A stretch of 64,000 bases of DNA from an uncultured virus (IMG/VR IMGVR_UViG_3300042554_000984) (IMGVR_UViG_3300042554_000984:1-64000), one strand, 5' to 3'. Numbered from the stretch's first letter, positions 1 to 8,364 are shown. The notes: generated by a model not told the origin, from the sequence alone. Translations and numbers: made by a program.

Positions 1-413
1 CTCAAGGCTTGACGGCAGTACTTGATCTTGAGATGGTTGGTCAGCCCGTCAAGCCTTGAGGCATGGTCACGAAGCCAGCCGTAGCCATAGCCCTTGCCGG
101 TGAGTCGGAAAGCCTCACGATCAAACCATTCATAGACTTCAAGAATGTCATCCATCTTTCTTGAAAATTCAATCTCTTCGTGAGTGGCATCTGCCTGACG
201 CTGAATCACGATGTCAAGTTCGATGCGAGTCTCGTTGGAGGAGTTTCGTGGAGGATCGGGAATGTGGCAGGGTTCATTGGAATTCAAATGATGCCACAGG
301 GCCGTCGATGAATCCTTGGCCTGCCGCTTGACCTTGCTGACATACTTTGCAATGTCCCCGTCATGGCGAAGGGAGTCAAGGAAAGAGATGTGCGAAAGGT
401 GAGGCAGGCTCAT
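1..413 (-). CDS. PAP2/class A acid phosphatase-like protein, partial (runs off the window start)
   Basis: Manual translation from ATG at 413: MSLPHLSHISFLDSLRH...IPDPPRNSSNETRIELD...LTNHLKIKYCR. PP.NSS.ET..EL and K..Y.R resemble the N-terminal half of PAP2-type phosphatases. Open to position 1. Confidence 0.5.
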   Translation of the reverse strand, partial: MSLPHLSHISFLDSLRHDGDIAKYVSKVKRQAKDSSTALWHHLNSNEPCHIPDPPRNSSNETRIELDIVIQRQADATHEEIEFSRKMDDILEVYEWFDREAFRLTGKGYGYGWLRDHASRLDGLTNHLKIKYCRQAL

Positions 414-825
414 GGAATTATGTATCGGAAGGCGGTAACTGACTTGCCCCATTACCACTCTTTTTCAAATACTCAGGGAAAGAATTGTTGGAAGCGGTCA
501 TATGGGGGGAGAGTATAGGTCAAGGAGGGAAAGAAGTCAAAAACCACTCTGAGACATTGCAAATGAGGTTTGGGGGGAAAACGATTTGAAGAAAGTACTC
601 TGCGCCCCCCGTGGGGGAGGGTGGGGGAATATGGGGATGAGTGGAGATGAATGGGGAAGAGGTGGGGAAAGAAAAGGTAAGTGTCCGTCTTAGGGGCCGA
701 AATCCCGAGTCACTTCGGACGAAAATTTCACGAAATCCGTTGGGATTTTCCCAGAATTTATTTTCCGTTGTAACTCGTTGTTGCGGCGTAACTTACGCTC
801 ACACACTCCCCCGAATTCTTGTCAC

Positions 826-1080
826 TCAGATTTCGCCCTGCACTACAGCGCCGATGAAGGCACGAAACTTTTTCTCGTCGGCTCCGTTGGCAGTCACGAA
901 TCGCTGAAACACTTTGCCACTCTCCAAGTCAACCCATCCACAGTTGAAAGTGTACGCAGGATTCCCATAGAAATCCTTGGTGTTGTAATGCTTGAGTATC
1001 TGTAGGAAGACATGCGGAGGAATCTCCACGAATTCCTGAGTCCACAAATCCTGAGCGATGAAGACGGTGCTTTCGTTCAT
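826..1080 (-). CDS. hypothetical protein (84 aa)
   Basis: ORF with ATG start, preceded on the minus strand by an ATAAATAC late-promoter-like box (gtatttat at ~1086-1093). Confidence 0.6.
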   Translation of the reverse strand: MNESTVFIAQDLWTQEFVEIPPHVFLQILKHYNTKDFYGNPAYTFNCGWVDLESGKVFQRFVTANGADEKKFRAFIGAVVQGEI

Positions 1081-1147
1081 TGGATGTATTTATGACAACC
1101 CCCCTATGGTGAGGGGGGTGGCTGTGAGAGGGGGGGGGTGGTATGCC

Positions 1148-1759
1148 CTAGGGGGTAGGGTTGTTGTAGTTGATGGGGTGGTACTGGGAGCGGTGGCTCC
1201 TGCGTGGCGGTGGGGGTGGGGTGGCCGCAGGCGGGGAGGAGTTGTCGAAGGCGTAGTAGGGGCCACCGAAGTACTTGTTGGCCGACTGGATCGCGATATC
1301 GATGATGTGCGGCCACGCCATCCCCCCGTCATGCAACTTCAACAGTTCATCCTCAAACTCCTCGGCGGTGTCCACGGTGCCCATGGTGTTGGAACCCTTG
1401 CAGCGGTAAGTCCACTCGGCATCGATCAGGCTCTCCCACAGGGAACGGGCGATGGGGGTCGGCAGGCTGTTGCACACACCGTGCTTGTGGGGCAGTCCTG
1501 CTGCCTTGATCTCGGGGAAGGCATCCCACATAGGCGGGTCTTTGCCGTCACAGGTACGGTAGATGACCGTCATCTCGCTGGTGTCTTTCGGAAGCAGGAC
1601 ACGGAGTTTCGTGAAGATGAGGAAGATGTTGGAATTGGTGGGATGCCACATTCGCCAGAAAGCCATGGGGCGAATCTTGTTGTGCAACAGATGGTTGCTC
1701 CACTCTGCCCTAGGCATGGAGGGGTAGGTCAGGAATCTGGCAGTCGCACTCTTGTTCAC
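1148..1759 (-). CDS. hypothetical protein with Pro-rich low-complexity C-terminus
   Basis: Part of ORF 1148..1846. Likely GTG start at 1759, overlapping the stop of the upstream gene (GTGA). Confidence 0.55.
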   Translation of the reverse strand: MNKSATARFLTYPSMPRAEWSNHLLHNKIRPMAFWRMWHPTNSNIFLIFTKLRVLLPKDTSEMTVIYRTCDGKDPPMWDAFPEIKAAGLPHKHGVCNSLPTPIARSLWESLIDAEWTYRCKGSNTMGTVDTAEEFEDELLKLHDGGMAWPHIIDIAIQSANKYFGGPYYAFDNSSPPAATPPPPPRRSHRSQYHPINYNNPTP

Positions 1760-1983
1760 TTCTGTCTCTTGGCCAGCAGGCGGTAGTACAGGCTCGGCAG
1801 GGCCATGATGGTGAAGCCGGTGGCGATCAGGGCATTGGATGACCAAAACCCGTAGCCACGGTCACGCAGGAATTGGTAAATTCCAAAGAGCAGGCTCTGC
1901 CCGATGAAGACCACCGATGCGTACAGGGGAAGCACGACCAACATCGTGGTCAGGGTAATCAGAATGGGCTTCTTGGAATTCAC
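1756..1983 (-). CDS. small membrane protein (2 hydrophobic segments)
   Basis: 75 aa ORF with hydrophobic stretches, coupled to its neighbours. Confidence 0.55.
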   Translation of the reverse strand: MNSKKPILITLTTMLVVLPLYASVVFIGQSLLFGIYQFLRDRGYGFWSSNALIATGFTIMALPSLYYRLLAKRQK

Positions 1984-2093
1984 TTGTTCATCTCCTCAAA
2001 GAGAAAGCCACAGACGACAATCCACAGCAGGATGATGACTGAAATCAAAAACAGTCCCAATCCCATGTTGAAGACCACCGAAAGAAATGTCAT
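1980..2093 (-). CDS. small single-TM peptide (37 aa)
   Basis: Manual translation MTFLSVVFNMGLGLFLISVIILLWIVVCGFLFEEMNK; fills the gap with start/stop overlaps. Confidence 0.45.
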   Translation of the reverse strand: MTFLSVVFNMGLGLFLISVIILLWIVVCGFLFEEMNK

Positions 2094-2470
2094 CACGGCT
2101 TCAACTCCTTCGTGAGAGTGCCAGCGAACGGCGGCAGGTTCTTCACCCACATCAGAATCTCAACCAACTCGTCAGGACTCACATGGCCCTTGACTTGCTG
2201 ATCGTCGGAAAAGAGGATGAAGTCCTCGTTGGGATCGAAGATTGCAACTTCAACATTGGCAGCAGGCTCAAGTTCAAGATGCTCACTCGGTGCAGGGTAC
2301 TTGTCCCTCTCATAAGTATTGCTTCGATGGGGTTCGCTGTACATGCCAACCCCATACACGACCGAAACCTTGTAGCCGTTACGGAAACGCATCACCATCG
2401 ATCCCTTGGGATACTCTCCGGGACCGTGGCGTTGAACCATGAACAACTGCGGGAATTCTTGAATATCCAT
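2093..2470 (-). CDS. hypothetical phage protein (125 aa)
   Basis: F.NGYKVSVVYG.GMYS...EVAIFD...VKGHVSPDEL pattern typical of small phage proteins; co-oriented with the VWA gene. Confidence 0.65.
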   Translation of the reverse strand: MDIQEFPQLFMVQRHGPGEYPKGSMVMRFRNGYKVSVVYGVGMYSEPHRSNTYERDKYPAPSEHLELEPAANVEVAIFDPNEDFILFSDDQQVKGHVSPDELVEILMWVKNLPPFAGTLTKELKP

Positions 2471-2472
2471 GT

Positions 2473-4830
2473 TCAGTCTCGCTTGCTCACTCGGGCGGCG
2501 ATACGAGCCATCAGCGGACGGCTCGACTTGTTCTTGGAAATCTCGTCGGAGAGGGCACGGGCCAACTTGGCCTTCGTCGCCGTGGTGCCGTCGATGGCAT
2601 CAAGGTAGTCCTCCTCGTCGGCCTCAAGGTCGGTCAGGCCGAACCACTCGGAGTAGCCCATCCACTCCTCGCCCGAAACCCAACCCTCGTCGCGGAGGAA
2701 CTTCTTCTTGGCCGCGATGTAGGCCTCGCCGTTGACAACGGCCTTGGCATACTCCTTGGTCTTCTTGCTCATTCGGGCCACGCAAGTCTGCATGTAGGAG
2801 TTGAGGGCACGGGTTCCGTCGATGCGGAAGCCGATCACATTGCAGTCAGCCTCAACCCGAAGGTAGCGAAGGTAGGCATCCTCGGCACCCGTGTAGGCTT
2901 CCACCGCCCGCTTGCCCTGAATGTTGACTTCAGCGAAGTCGCGGCTGTAGCCCGTGGGCGAGTTATCGTCGGTCCACACATTCACCCAACGGTCAGCCAC
3001 ATAGCGGTAGCCCGTCCGATCCGTAGCCTCGCCATCGGTGAGGATGACGGTGTTCACGATCTGGACACCGGTCTTTGCACGGAACATCGGGACCACGGTA
3101 GCCATCGAAGCGATGGCCGCATTCAGCGGAGTGCCGTTGAGGTAGTACTTGGAGGCAAGGTGATCGCCCTTGGCATTCTTGCCAAACATCTCGTCGTGAC
3201 GGTAGGACCGGCTGTGCTTGGCCCAAGCGAGGAGTCCCGCGAGGGCAGTACGAATCTGCACGGGCTTGGCCGAAGCCGACAAGATGTTCAGCAGGCGGAA
3301 GTCGGAGAAGATGAGTTCGCCGTCATTGCGAGTCCAAACCTTTTCCTTAACGATGCCGTGAGCATCGGAGAAAGCGTAGACTTCGCAGGGGATGTTCGCC
3401 GCAGCGCAGAACTGCACCAAGCAGCCCAACTGCATGATCGTGGGCTCAAGGATGCGATTCATGCTGCCCGACCAGTCAAGCAGGAACACAAGTCCGTGAT
3501 TCTTGCCTTCCTTCTTGACTTCGTAGGAACCGAAGATTTCCTCCGAAATCCGATAGGCCCACAGGCGGCTGGGGTCGATGGCACCCGTATCGGCGGTGCG
3601 AGTGCGGTTAGCCTCGTCAGCGGCCTTGCGGCGCATGAATTCCTGAACAAGCGCCGTGATCGAACGGCGATTCTTGGCCATGAACTGCTGATAGAGGGCG
3701 AAGCCGTCACCCTTCTCGGCCATCAGCCGAAGATCATCGATAACCTCGCTGAAGGGCAGGATGCCCTTGGCGGCATCGAAGGTCGGCATTCTGACCGTGG
3801 AAGTCCCATAGTTGGAATGCTCGTCGCGGTTCTGCTTGGCAAGTTCCTCGAAAGCCGAATCCGTCACCGACTCACGGGGAGTCCGATTCTTGGATTCCTT
3901 CGTTGACTTGCCCTGAGCCTCGCCCTCGCTCTCATCGTCCGAATCCGACTCCGACTCCTCGCCCTCGTCGCTGGCGTTATCGGACTCCTCGCCCTCCTCG
4001 CCACCTTCGGTGCTTTCGTCGGCGTTTTCGTTCTCGCCCTCGTCGGCGGTATCGCCCCGCTCCTCGCCCTCTTCGGACTCGTCAGAACCCGACGAATCGC
4101 CCTGCTCCTCGTCGGACTCCTGCTTTTGGTTGTCCTGCGGACTGCCGCTGCCCTCGCCTTCCTCACCGTCCTGCGGCTCGGACATGTCGCCGTCCTCGCC
4201 CTGCGACTCTTCCTGCGAGGAGTAGTCGAAGAGTTCCTTGGCAAGGGCAACAACCTCGTCCCAAGACTTGGTAGTCGCGACCCGCTTGACAAGGGGAAGT
4301 TCAGCGGCAGAGAACGGGACATTGACCGCGAAACCAACCTTATAGTGAATGTTGATTCGGTCAATCAGCGGGAGTTCCGAAAGATCCTTGTCAAGGGCAA
4401 GCAACTTCGGGTTCGTGATCGTCAGACTACGGTACGCCTTGGCGAAGGTCGAACGCAGGCCGGGATAGGTATCCTTCATGCTGCGTTCGATTCGGGCATC
4501 CTCAACGATGTTCACATAGCCCTTGAAGGAGTTGAAGCCTTCCTTGCCGACGAGTTCGGTGAGTTCCTTCACCCATGCGTCACCCTTGGGGCTGTGCATG
4601 GCGTGGCCGACTTCGTGAGCGACGAGCATGTCGTACAGGTCGCCGTCCATCGCCTTCCAAACAGGAAGGGTCAGAAGACGGGTCTTGGTGTCAAACGATG
4701 CGGTCGCGGCCCGATGCGAGTGCTGCACCCGAATGTTTTCGGTCGCAAGCAGACGGGCCAGAAGCGAAAGAGCCTCAACCTGACGGCGGTTCAGGTTTGG
4801 CTTCGGGGTGTTGGCTAGGGTAGGGGTCAC
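2473..4830 (-). CDS. metallopeptidase (HExxH) - acidic linker - VWA domain protein (CobT-like partner of MoxR/CobS ATPase)
   Basis: AHEVGH zinc motif, NIVEDARIE, long E/D/S-rich linker, VWA MIDAS motifs LLDWSGSM, GTPL and ILTDG. Confidence 0.85.
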   Translation of the reverse strand: MTPTLANTPKPNLNRRQVEALSLLARLLATENIRVQHSHRAATASFDTKTRLLTLPVWKAMDGDLYDMLVAHEVGHAMHSPKGDAWVKELTELVGKEGFNSFKGYVNIVEDARIERSMKDTYPGLRSTFAKAYRSLTITNPKLLALDKDLSELPLIDRINIHYKVGFAVNVPFSAAELPLVKRVATTKSWDEVVALAKELFDYSSQEESQGEDGDMSEPQDGEEGEGSGSPQDNQKQESDEEQGDSSGSDESEEGEERGDTADEGENENADESTEGGEEGEESDNASDEGEESESDSDDESEGEAQGKSTKESKNRTPRESVTDSAFEELAKQNRDEHSNYGTSTVRMPTFDAAKGILPFSEVIDDLRLMAEKGDGFALYQQFMAKNRRSITALVQEFMRRKAADEANRTRTADTGAIDPSRLWAYRISEEIFGSYEVKKEGKNHGLVFLLDWSGSMNRILEPTIMQLGCLVQFCAAANIPCEVYAFSDAHGIVKEKVWTRNDGELIFSDFRLLNILSASAKPVQIRTALAGLLAWAKHSRSYRHDEMFGKNAKGDHLASKYYLNGTPLNAAIASMATVVPMFRAKTGVQIVNTVILTDGEATDRTGYRYVADRWVNVWTDDNSPTGYSRDFAEVNIQGKRAVEAYTGAEDAYLRYLRVEADCNVIGFRIDGTRALNSYMQTCVARMSKKTKEYAKAVVNGEAYIAAKKKFLRDEGWVSGEEWMGYSEWFGLTDLEADEEDYLDAIDGTTATKAKLARALSDEISKNKSSRPLMARIAARVSKRD

Positions 4831-4884
4831 GACCCAATTGTAACAGATTCGCCCCCGCTCCGCAAGAGCCTACCCCCGTAGAAG

Positions 4885-5014
4885 GTTATAGGACGAAAAA
4901 CAAATAATAGACGATATTGTATTCTGTAATTACCGCTATCGGACGCTGATAAGTTATCGGACTCTGTGCCGCCCCCCTCTACTATAGAGAGAGTTGACCG
5001 AAAGTTATCGGACT
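4885..5014. repeat. four copies of a (G/C)TAT(C/A)GGAC motif in the divergent promoter region
   Basis: gttataggac 4885, gctatcggac 4935, gttatcggac 4953, gttatcggac 5004. Confidence 0.7.
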
Positions 5015-5057
5015 TTAAGAAAAAAGATTATTGGCTAGCAAAACGCACCCATGGGGA

Positions 5058-5086
5058 TTGACTTTTGAGAATGCTTCGTTTACACT
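5058..5086 (+). promoter_or_regulatory. sigma70-like early promoter for the AAA ATPase
   Basis: TTGACT-17 nt-TACACT upstream of AAGGAG RBS and ATG 5115. Confidence 0.6.
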
Positions 5087-5114
5087 TTGGTCAGCCAAAG
5101 GAGCAATCGACCCC

Positions 5115-6383
5115 ATGAAGCGTTCTGAAGCCAAGTCCAAGTTCCTCACCGCCGCCTACGCCATTACGGGCGGCTCCCGTGAGATTACCCGCCCACAAGT
5201 AGTTCAGGCCGCCGATGACGCAGGGCTTCCGATCCCTGCGTGGTTCGTCAACGACCGCGAGTATCGGGTCGCTTGGGGACGCTACCGCCTGCCGCTACAG
5301 GATGGCGTGGTCGCTCCTCGCAAGGCGACTGCCCCGTCCGTGACCGTCCGTCCCGCCCCCGTGGCGACTCCCGTTCAGGTGGCCCCGCCGCCGATGGTTG
5401 AGTCCGCTCCCGTGGCTCAGACTTCCCTTGACCTTGCCATCCTGAGTGGCGAGGCCGTTGTTCCGACCGTGGATCCCAACTATGTGGCTTGGGGCAACCA
5501 CGACACGATTTACGAAATCGTCAAGAGCGGACGGTTCTTCCCCGTCTATGTGTGGGGTCTGTCCGGTAACGGCAAGACCTTCACTACCGAACAGGTCTGC
5601 GCCATGCTTGGCCGCGAGTACTATCGGGTGAACATCACCCCCGAGACTTGCGAAGACGATTTGCTTGGCGGGTTCCGACTCGTCAGCGGCGAAACCAAGT
5701 TCGTGTACGGGCCGGTGTCCCTCGCGATGGAGCGGGGCGGCGTTCTCCTGCTTGACGAGGTTGACCTTGGGTCGGATAAGATCATGGCGCTTCAGCCCGT
5801 CCTTGAGGGCAAGCCCGTGTATCTGAAGAAAATCAACAAGTGGGTCCGTCCCGCCCCCGGCTTCACGGTCGTGATGACCGGTAACACCAAGGGTCTTGGC
5901 GACGAGACTGGCAAGTTCGCGGGAACTCGCATCCTGAACACGGCCTTCCTTGAGCGAGTGAACATCATGCTCAAGCAGGAATACCCCCGTCCCACGGTTG
6001 AGAAGAAGATTCTCACGAAGATGATGGAATCTTCGGGTTGCGTGGACGAGAAGTTCGCTGATGCGCTGGTCCGTTGGGCCGAGGCCATCCGCAAGACCTA
6101 CGACGAAGGCGTGAGCGAGGAAGTCATCACGACCCGCCGCCTCGTCCAGATCGTCAGCGGGTACTGCATCTTCAAGGATCGCCTGACCGCCGTTCGTCAC
6201 GGCGTGGGCCGGTTCGATGATGTCACGGCTGAAGCCTTCCTCAATCTCTACCAGAAGATTGACGCTGAGGCTACCGCCGCCGATCCCGATGCGTCCAAGG
6301 CGGGTGCAGCCCCTGATGAACACCTTCAGGCTCACGCTGCCGCCGCTGCGGCCACGGCTTCCACGACCAAGGCTCCCTTCTGA
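5115..6383 (+). CDS. cobS: CobS/MoxR-family AAA+ ATPase (phage type) with N-terminal putative DNA-binding domain
   Basis: Walker A GLSGNGKT, Walker B LLLDEVD, sensor TGNTKGLG, LNTAFLER, ITTRRLV. Start at ATG 5115 after RBS. The symbol is the phage-annotation convention; a cobalamin role is not implied. Confidence 0.9.
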   Translation: MKRSEAKSKFLTAAYAITGGSREITRPQVVQAADDAGLPIPAWFVNDREYRVAWGRYRLPLQDGVVAPRKATAPSVTVRPAPVATPVQVAPPPMVESAPVAQTSLDLAILSGEAVVPTVDPNYVAWGNHDTIYEIVKSGRFFPVYVWGLSGNGKTFTTEQVCAMLGREYYRVNITPETCEDDLLGGFRLVSGETKFVYGPVSLAMERGGVLLLDEVDLGSDKIMALQPVLEGKPVYLKKINKWVRPAPGFTVVMTGNTKGLGDETGKFAGTRILNTAFLERVNIMLKQEYPRPTVEKKILTKMMESSGCVDEKFADALVRWAEAIRKTYDEGVSEEVITTRRLVQIVSGYCIFKDRLTAVRHGVGRFDDVTAEAFLNLYQKIDAEATAADPDASKAGAAPDEHLQAHAAAAAATASTTKAPF

Positions 6384-6403
6384 GAAATTAAGAAAGGCAA
6401 GCC

Positions 6404-6685
6404 ATGGAACTACCTGACGAGCGTACATTCTCCGTAACTGACTACTACCAAGGAACAGTCAACCTTTGGATGCATTCTGATTGGCAGGATAATCCAAAGA
6501 GTTTCCACAACCTCCGTTCCTTGATAGAGTACTTCGTGCTGGCCCTTGAGAACAATCCCTTCCTCTGGCTTATGGATGAGGAAGAGGAGTTGGTCCGTGC
6601 CATCGCTGAGGATGTCAAACTTTCCAAGTTCTACCCTGAACGATTTCATCCCATTGAGGAATGGGGAAACCCGCCTCAAAAATAA
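6404..6685 (+). CDS. hypothetical protein (93 aa)
   Basis: ATG with AAAGG RBS, directly after the ATPase. Confidence 0.6.
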   Translation: MELPDERTFSVTDYYQGTVNLWMHSDWQDNPKSFHNLRSLIEYFVLALENNPFLWLMDEEEELVRAIAEDVKLSKFYPERFHPIEEWGNPPQK

Positions 6686-6709
6686 AACTTCCCTTTGACG
6701 AAATACCTC

Positions 6710-6737
6710 TTGACAAACGGTTTGTCAGGGGTACAAT
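6710..6737 (+). promoter_or_regulatory. sigma70-like promoter overlapped by a palindromic operator-like site
   Basis: TTGACA-16 nt-TACAAT; TGACAAAC-G-GTTTGTCA palindrome at 6711-6727. Confidence 0.7.
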
Positions 6738-6767
6738 CTACGCAACATCTCTTCGGAGAACTTCACC

Positions 6768-7061
6768 ATGACGATGAACACCATCAACCTGAACAAGCGC
6801 CAGATCAACTTCCTCGCCGCCTTTGAGGCCGCTAACGGCCAGCCGGACACGGTGACGAGGCAGGAACTGCTCAACTTCAAGAATTCACTTGGCCCGAATC
6901 AGACTGGCCCCCTTGGCTATGTGATTCGTTGGCCTGCATGGCTTACCAACAGCGGCACCTTTACCACTTCCCGAGCGGTCTATACCCTCCCGTGGGGGAA
7001 GTACAACGAATGGAAGGCAGCAAACGCCGCCTCCGTCACTCCCGCCGCCGCTGTTGCGTGA
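6768..7061 (+). CDS. small protein resembling the N-terminal domain of the CobS/MoxR ATPase
   Basis: Shares FL.A...TR.....PAW..N...Y.LP pattern with the first ~60 aa of the ATPase; GGAG RBS. Confidence 0.7.
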   Translation: MTMNTINLNKRQINFLAAFEAANGQPDTVTRQELLNFKNSLGPNQTGPLGYVIRWPAWLTNSGTFTTSRAVYTLPWGKYNEWKAANAASVTPAAAVA

Positions 7062-7075
7062 TGAGGGTCGCTTCA

Positions 7076-7180
7076 GATCAGAGCGTAGGGGTCATGCTCT
7101 GATCAATCGTCGTGTGGAGAGGGAAACCTCTCCTCACGATTTCCCAACCTAGCCAACCGTCAGGGCTGACGGATATTGGC
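7076..7180 (+). ncRNA. candidate structured RNA leader (three consecutive hairpins)
   Basis: Stems 7076-7104 (11 bp), 7110-7139 (GAAA tetraloop) and 7152-7180, ending just before the RBS of the next gene. Confidence 0.4.
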
Positions 7181-7201
7181 GCAACTCTTTTAGGAGATAC
7201 T

Positions 7202-7507
7202 ATGCCCACGATGACCGTGAATGGACCGAATGTCAAGATCCGCAACCGCAGCCGCATCGCTGTTCAGAACCTCATGGAGGGCGATGAGTTCCTTCTGCGT
7301 GGTGAGCCGAGCCTGGTGGTCGATTCGATCACCCGCAACGAGGACAAGGGCACCGTCAAGGTGACCTTCGACACCGGCGAGTCTCGTCGGTTCGCTTGGA
7401 ACTCCAAGGTTTCGATCAAGGAGACTGCCGAGCGTAACTCGTTCCGTCGCAACTCGCTGCGTCGGTACGGCTACCCCAACTACATGGATTACATCTACGG
7501 CGGCTAA
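7202..7507 (+). CDS. hypothetical protein (101 aa, beta-rich)
   Basis: TAGGAG RBS, ATG 7202, codon usage like highly expressed genes. Confidence 0.7.
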   Translation: MPTMTVNGPNVKIRNRSRIAVQNLMEGDEFLLRGEPSLVVDSITRNEDKGTVKVTFDTGESRRFAWNSKVSIKETAERNSFRRNSLRRYGYPNYMDYIYGG

Positions 7508-7625
7508 TCGCCCGTAGTCCATGCGGCGGGGCAGGAGCCAATAGATGATGGCTTTCCTGTGACGGCTCCTGCCCCCGCCGTTGGGTGACATTCAAATTTC
7601 CCTGAAGCCCTAGTCTTCTGGGTTT

Positions 7626-7651
7626 GCCCCGCCGAAAGGCGGGGCTTTCTT
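7626..7651 (+). terminator. rho-independent terminator
   Basis: GCCCCGCC-GAAA-GGCGGGGC followed by TTTCTT. Confidence 0.75.
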
Positions 7652-7869
7652 ATACCCATTTTGCATTTTCAAAAGTCCGCGGCAACTGTAGCCGGGGCAG
7701 CCTGACCTGCTGTTCGAGTAGCCCCACAGTCTCAACCCAACTTCAACGCATTCGTTGGATTCAACTCCAAATGACCTCAACTTGCCCTCCGGCGGAGTCA
7801 CCGGCTGTACCGGTTTTGGATGTGCCCGCCGGTCACGAGAACTCCTGCTCGCTACATACTTTCAACCCA

Positions 7870-8364
7870 ATGCTTGAGAAACTGCTCCAATCCCTCAACA
7901 AAGCCAACGAATACCTCAACTCTTCGTTGCATTTAAACGCTGTCGAGAAGACATCGAGCGAGCCAACCAGCAGACAATCAAGCCAGTCTCAAGCCAATTA
8001 CAACGACTCCAACGACGATCTCACCGAAGCCCCAATTTCAAAGATACTGAATGTAAACGGGAAGGCAGCAAAGACTCTGGACTTCTCCTCCAACCCCAAC
8101 GACCCCAATGTCAATGTCTTTGGTCTAGGCACATACAGCCTTTCAAATCTCAAGAAGATGACAATCATGGATGCAAAGAAACTTGCGGAAATCATCGCAA
8201 GCGACAATGCAGACTATGGGAGAGTCCTGAAGATGATGTCTGATGTAGAGGGCAAGGACTCATCTGTCTACCTAGCCTACAGGTTGCTTGCATTGGCAGA
8301 GGTACAGCAGTACATGAAGCAGCCTGCCACCAAGAGAAGAATCACCCTGATGAAGAGAGGGTGA
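7870..8364 (+). CDS. hypothetical protein (probably virion-associated)
   Basis: ATG 7870 within ORF 7624..8364; CTACATA late-like box upstream; internal LTEA site. Confidence 0.6.
   Translation: MLEKLLQSLNKANEYLNSSLHLNAVEKTSSEPTSRQSSQSQANYNDSNDDLTEAPISKILNVNGKAAKTLDFSSNPNDPNVNVFGLGTYSLSNLKKMTIMDAKKLAEIIASDNADYGRVLKMMSDVEGKDSSVYLAYRLLALAEVQQYMKQPATKRRITLMKRG

Noticed and set aside
1148..1150. Rarity of TAG stops, plus CTA inside the loop of the tRNA-like RNA, as a hint of stop-codon recoding
   Set aside because: Core genes are full-length under the standard code with no in-frame TAG interruptions, and the loop is not a canonical 7-nt anticodon loop.
5115..6383. cobS as evidence for cobalamin synthesis
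   Set aside because: No cobN or other B12 genes in the window; motifs fit a generic MoxR-type ATPase with a VWA partner.
1058..6428. Long opposite-strand or alternate-frame ORFs (e.g. 1058..1786, 3160..3906, 4126..4818, 5295..6428)
   Set aside because: Shadows of real genes caused by biased codon usage; no RBS or recognisable motifs. The same applies to 30190..31311, 40405..41448 and 56048..57169.
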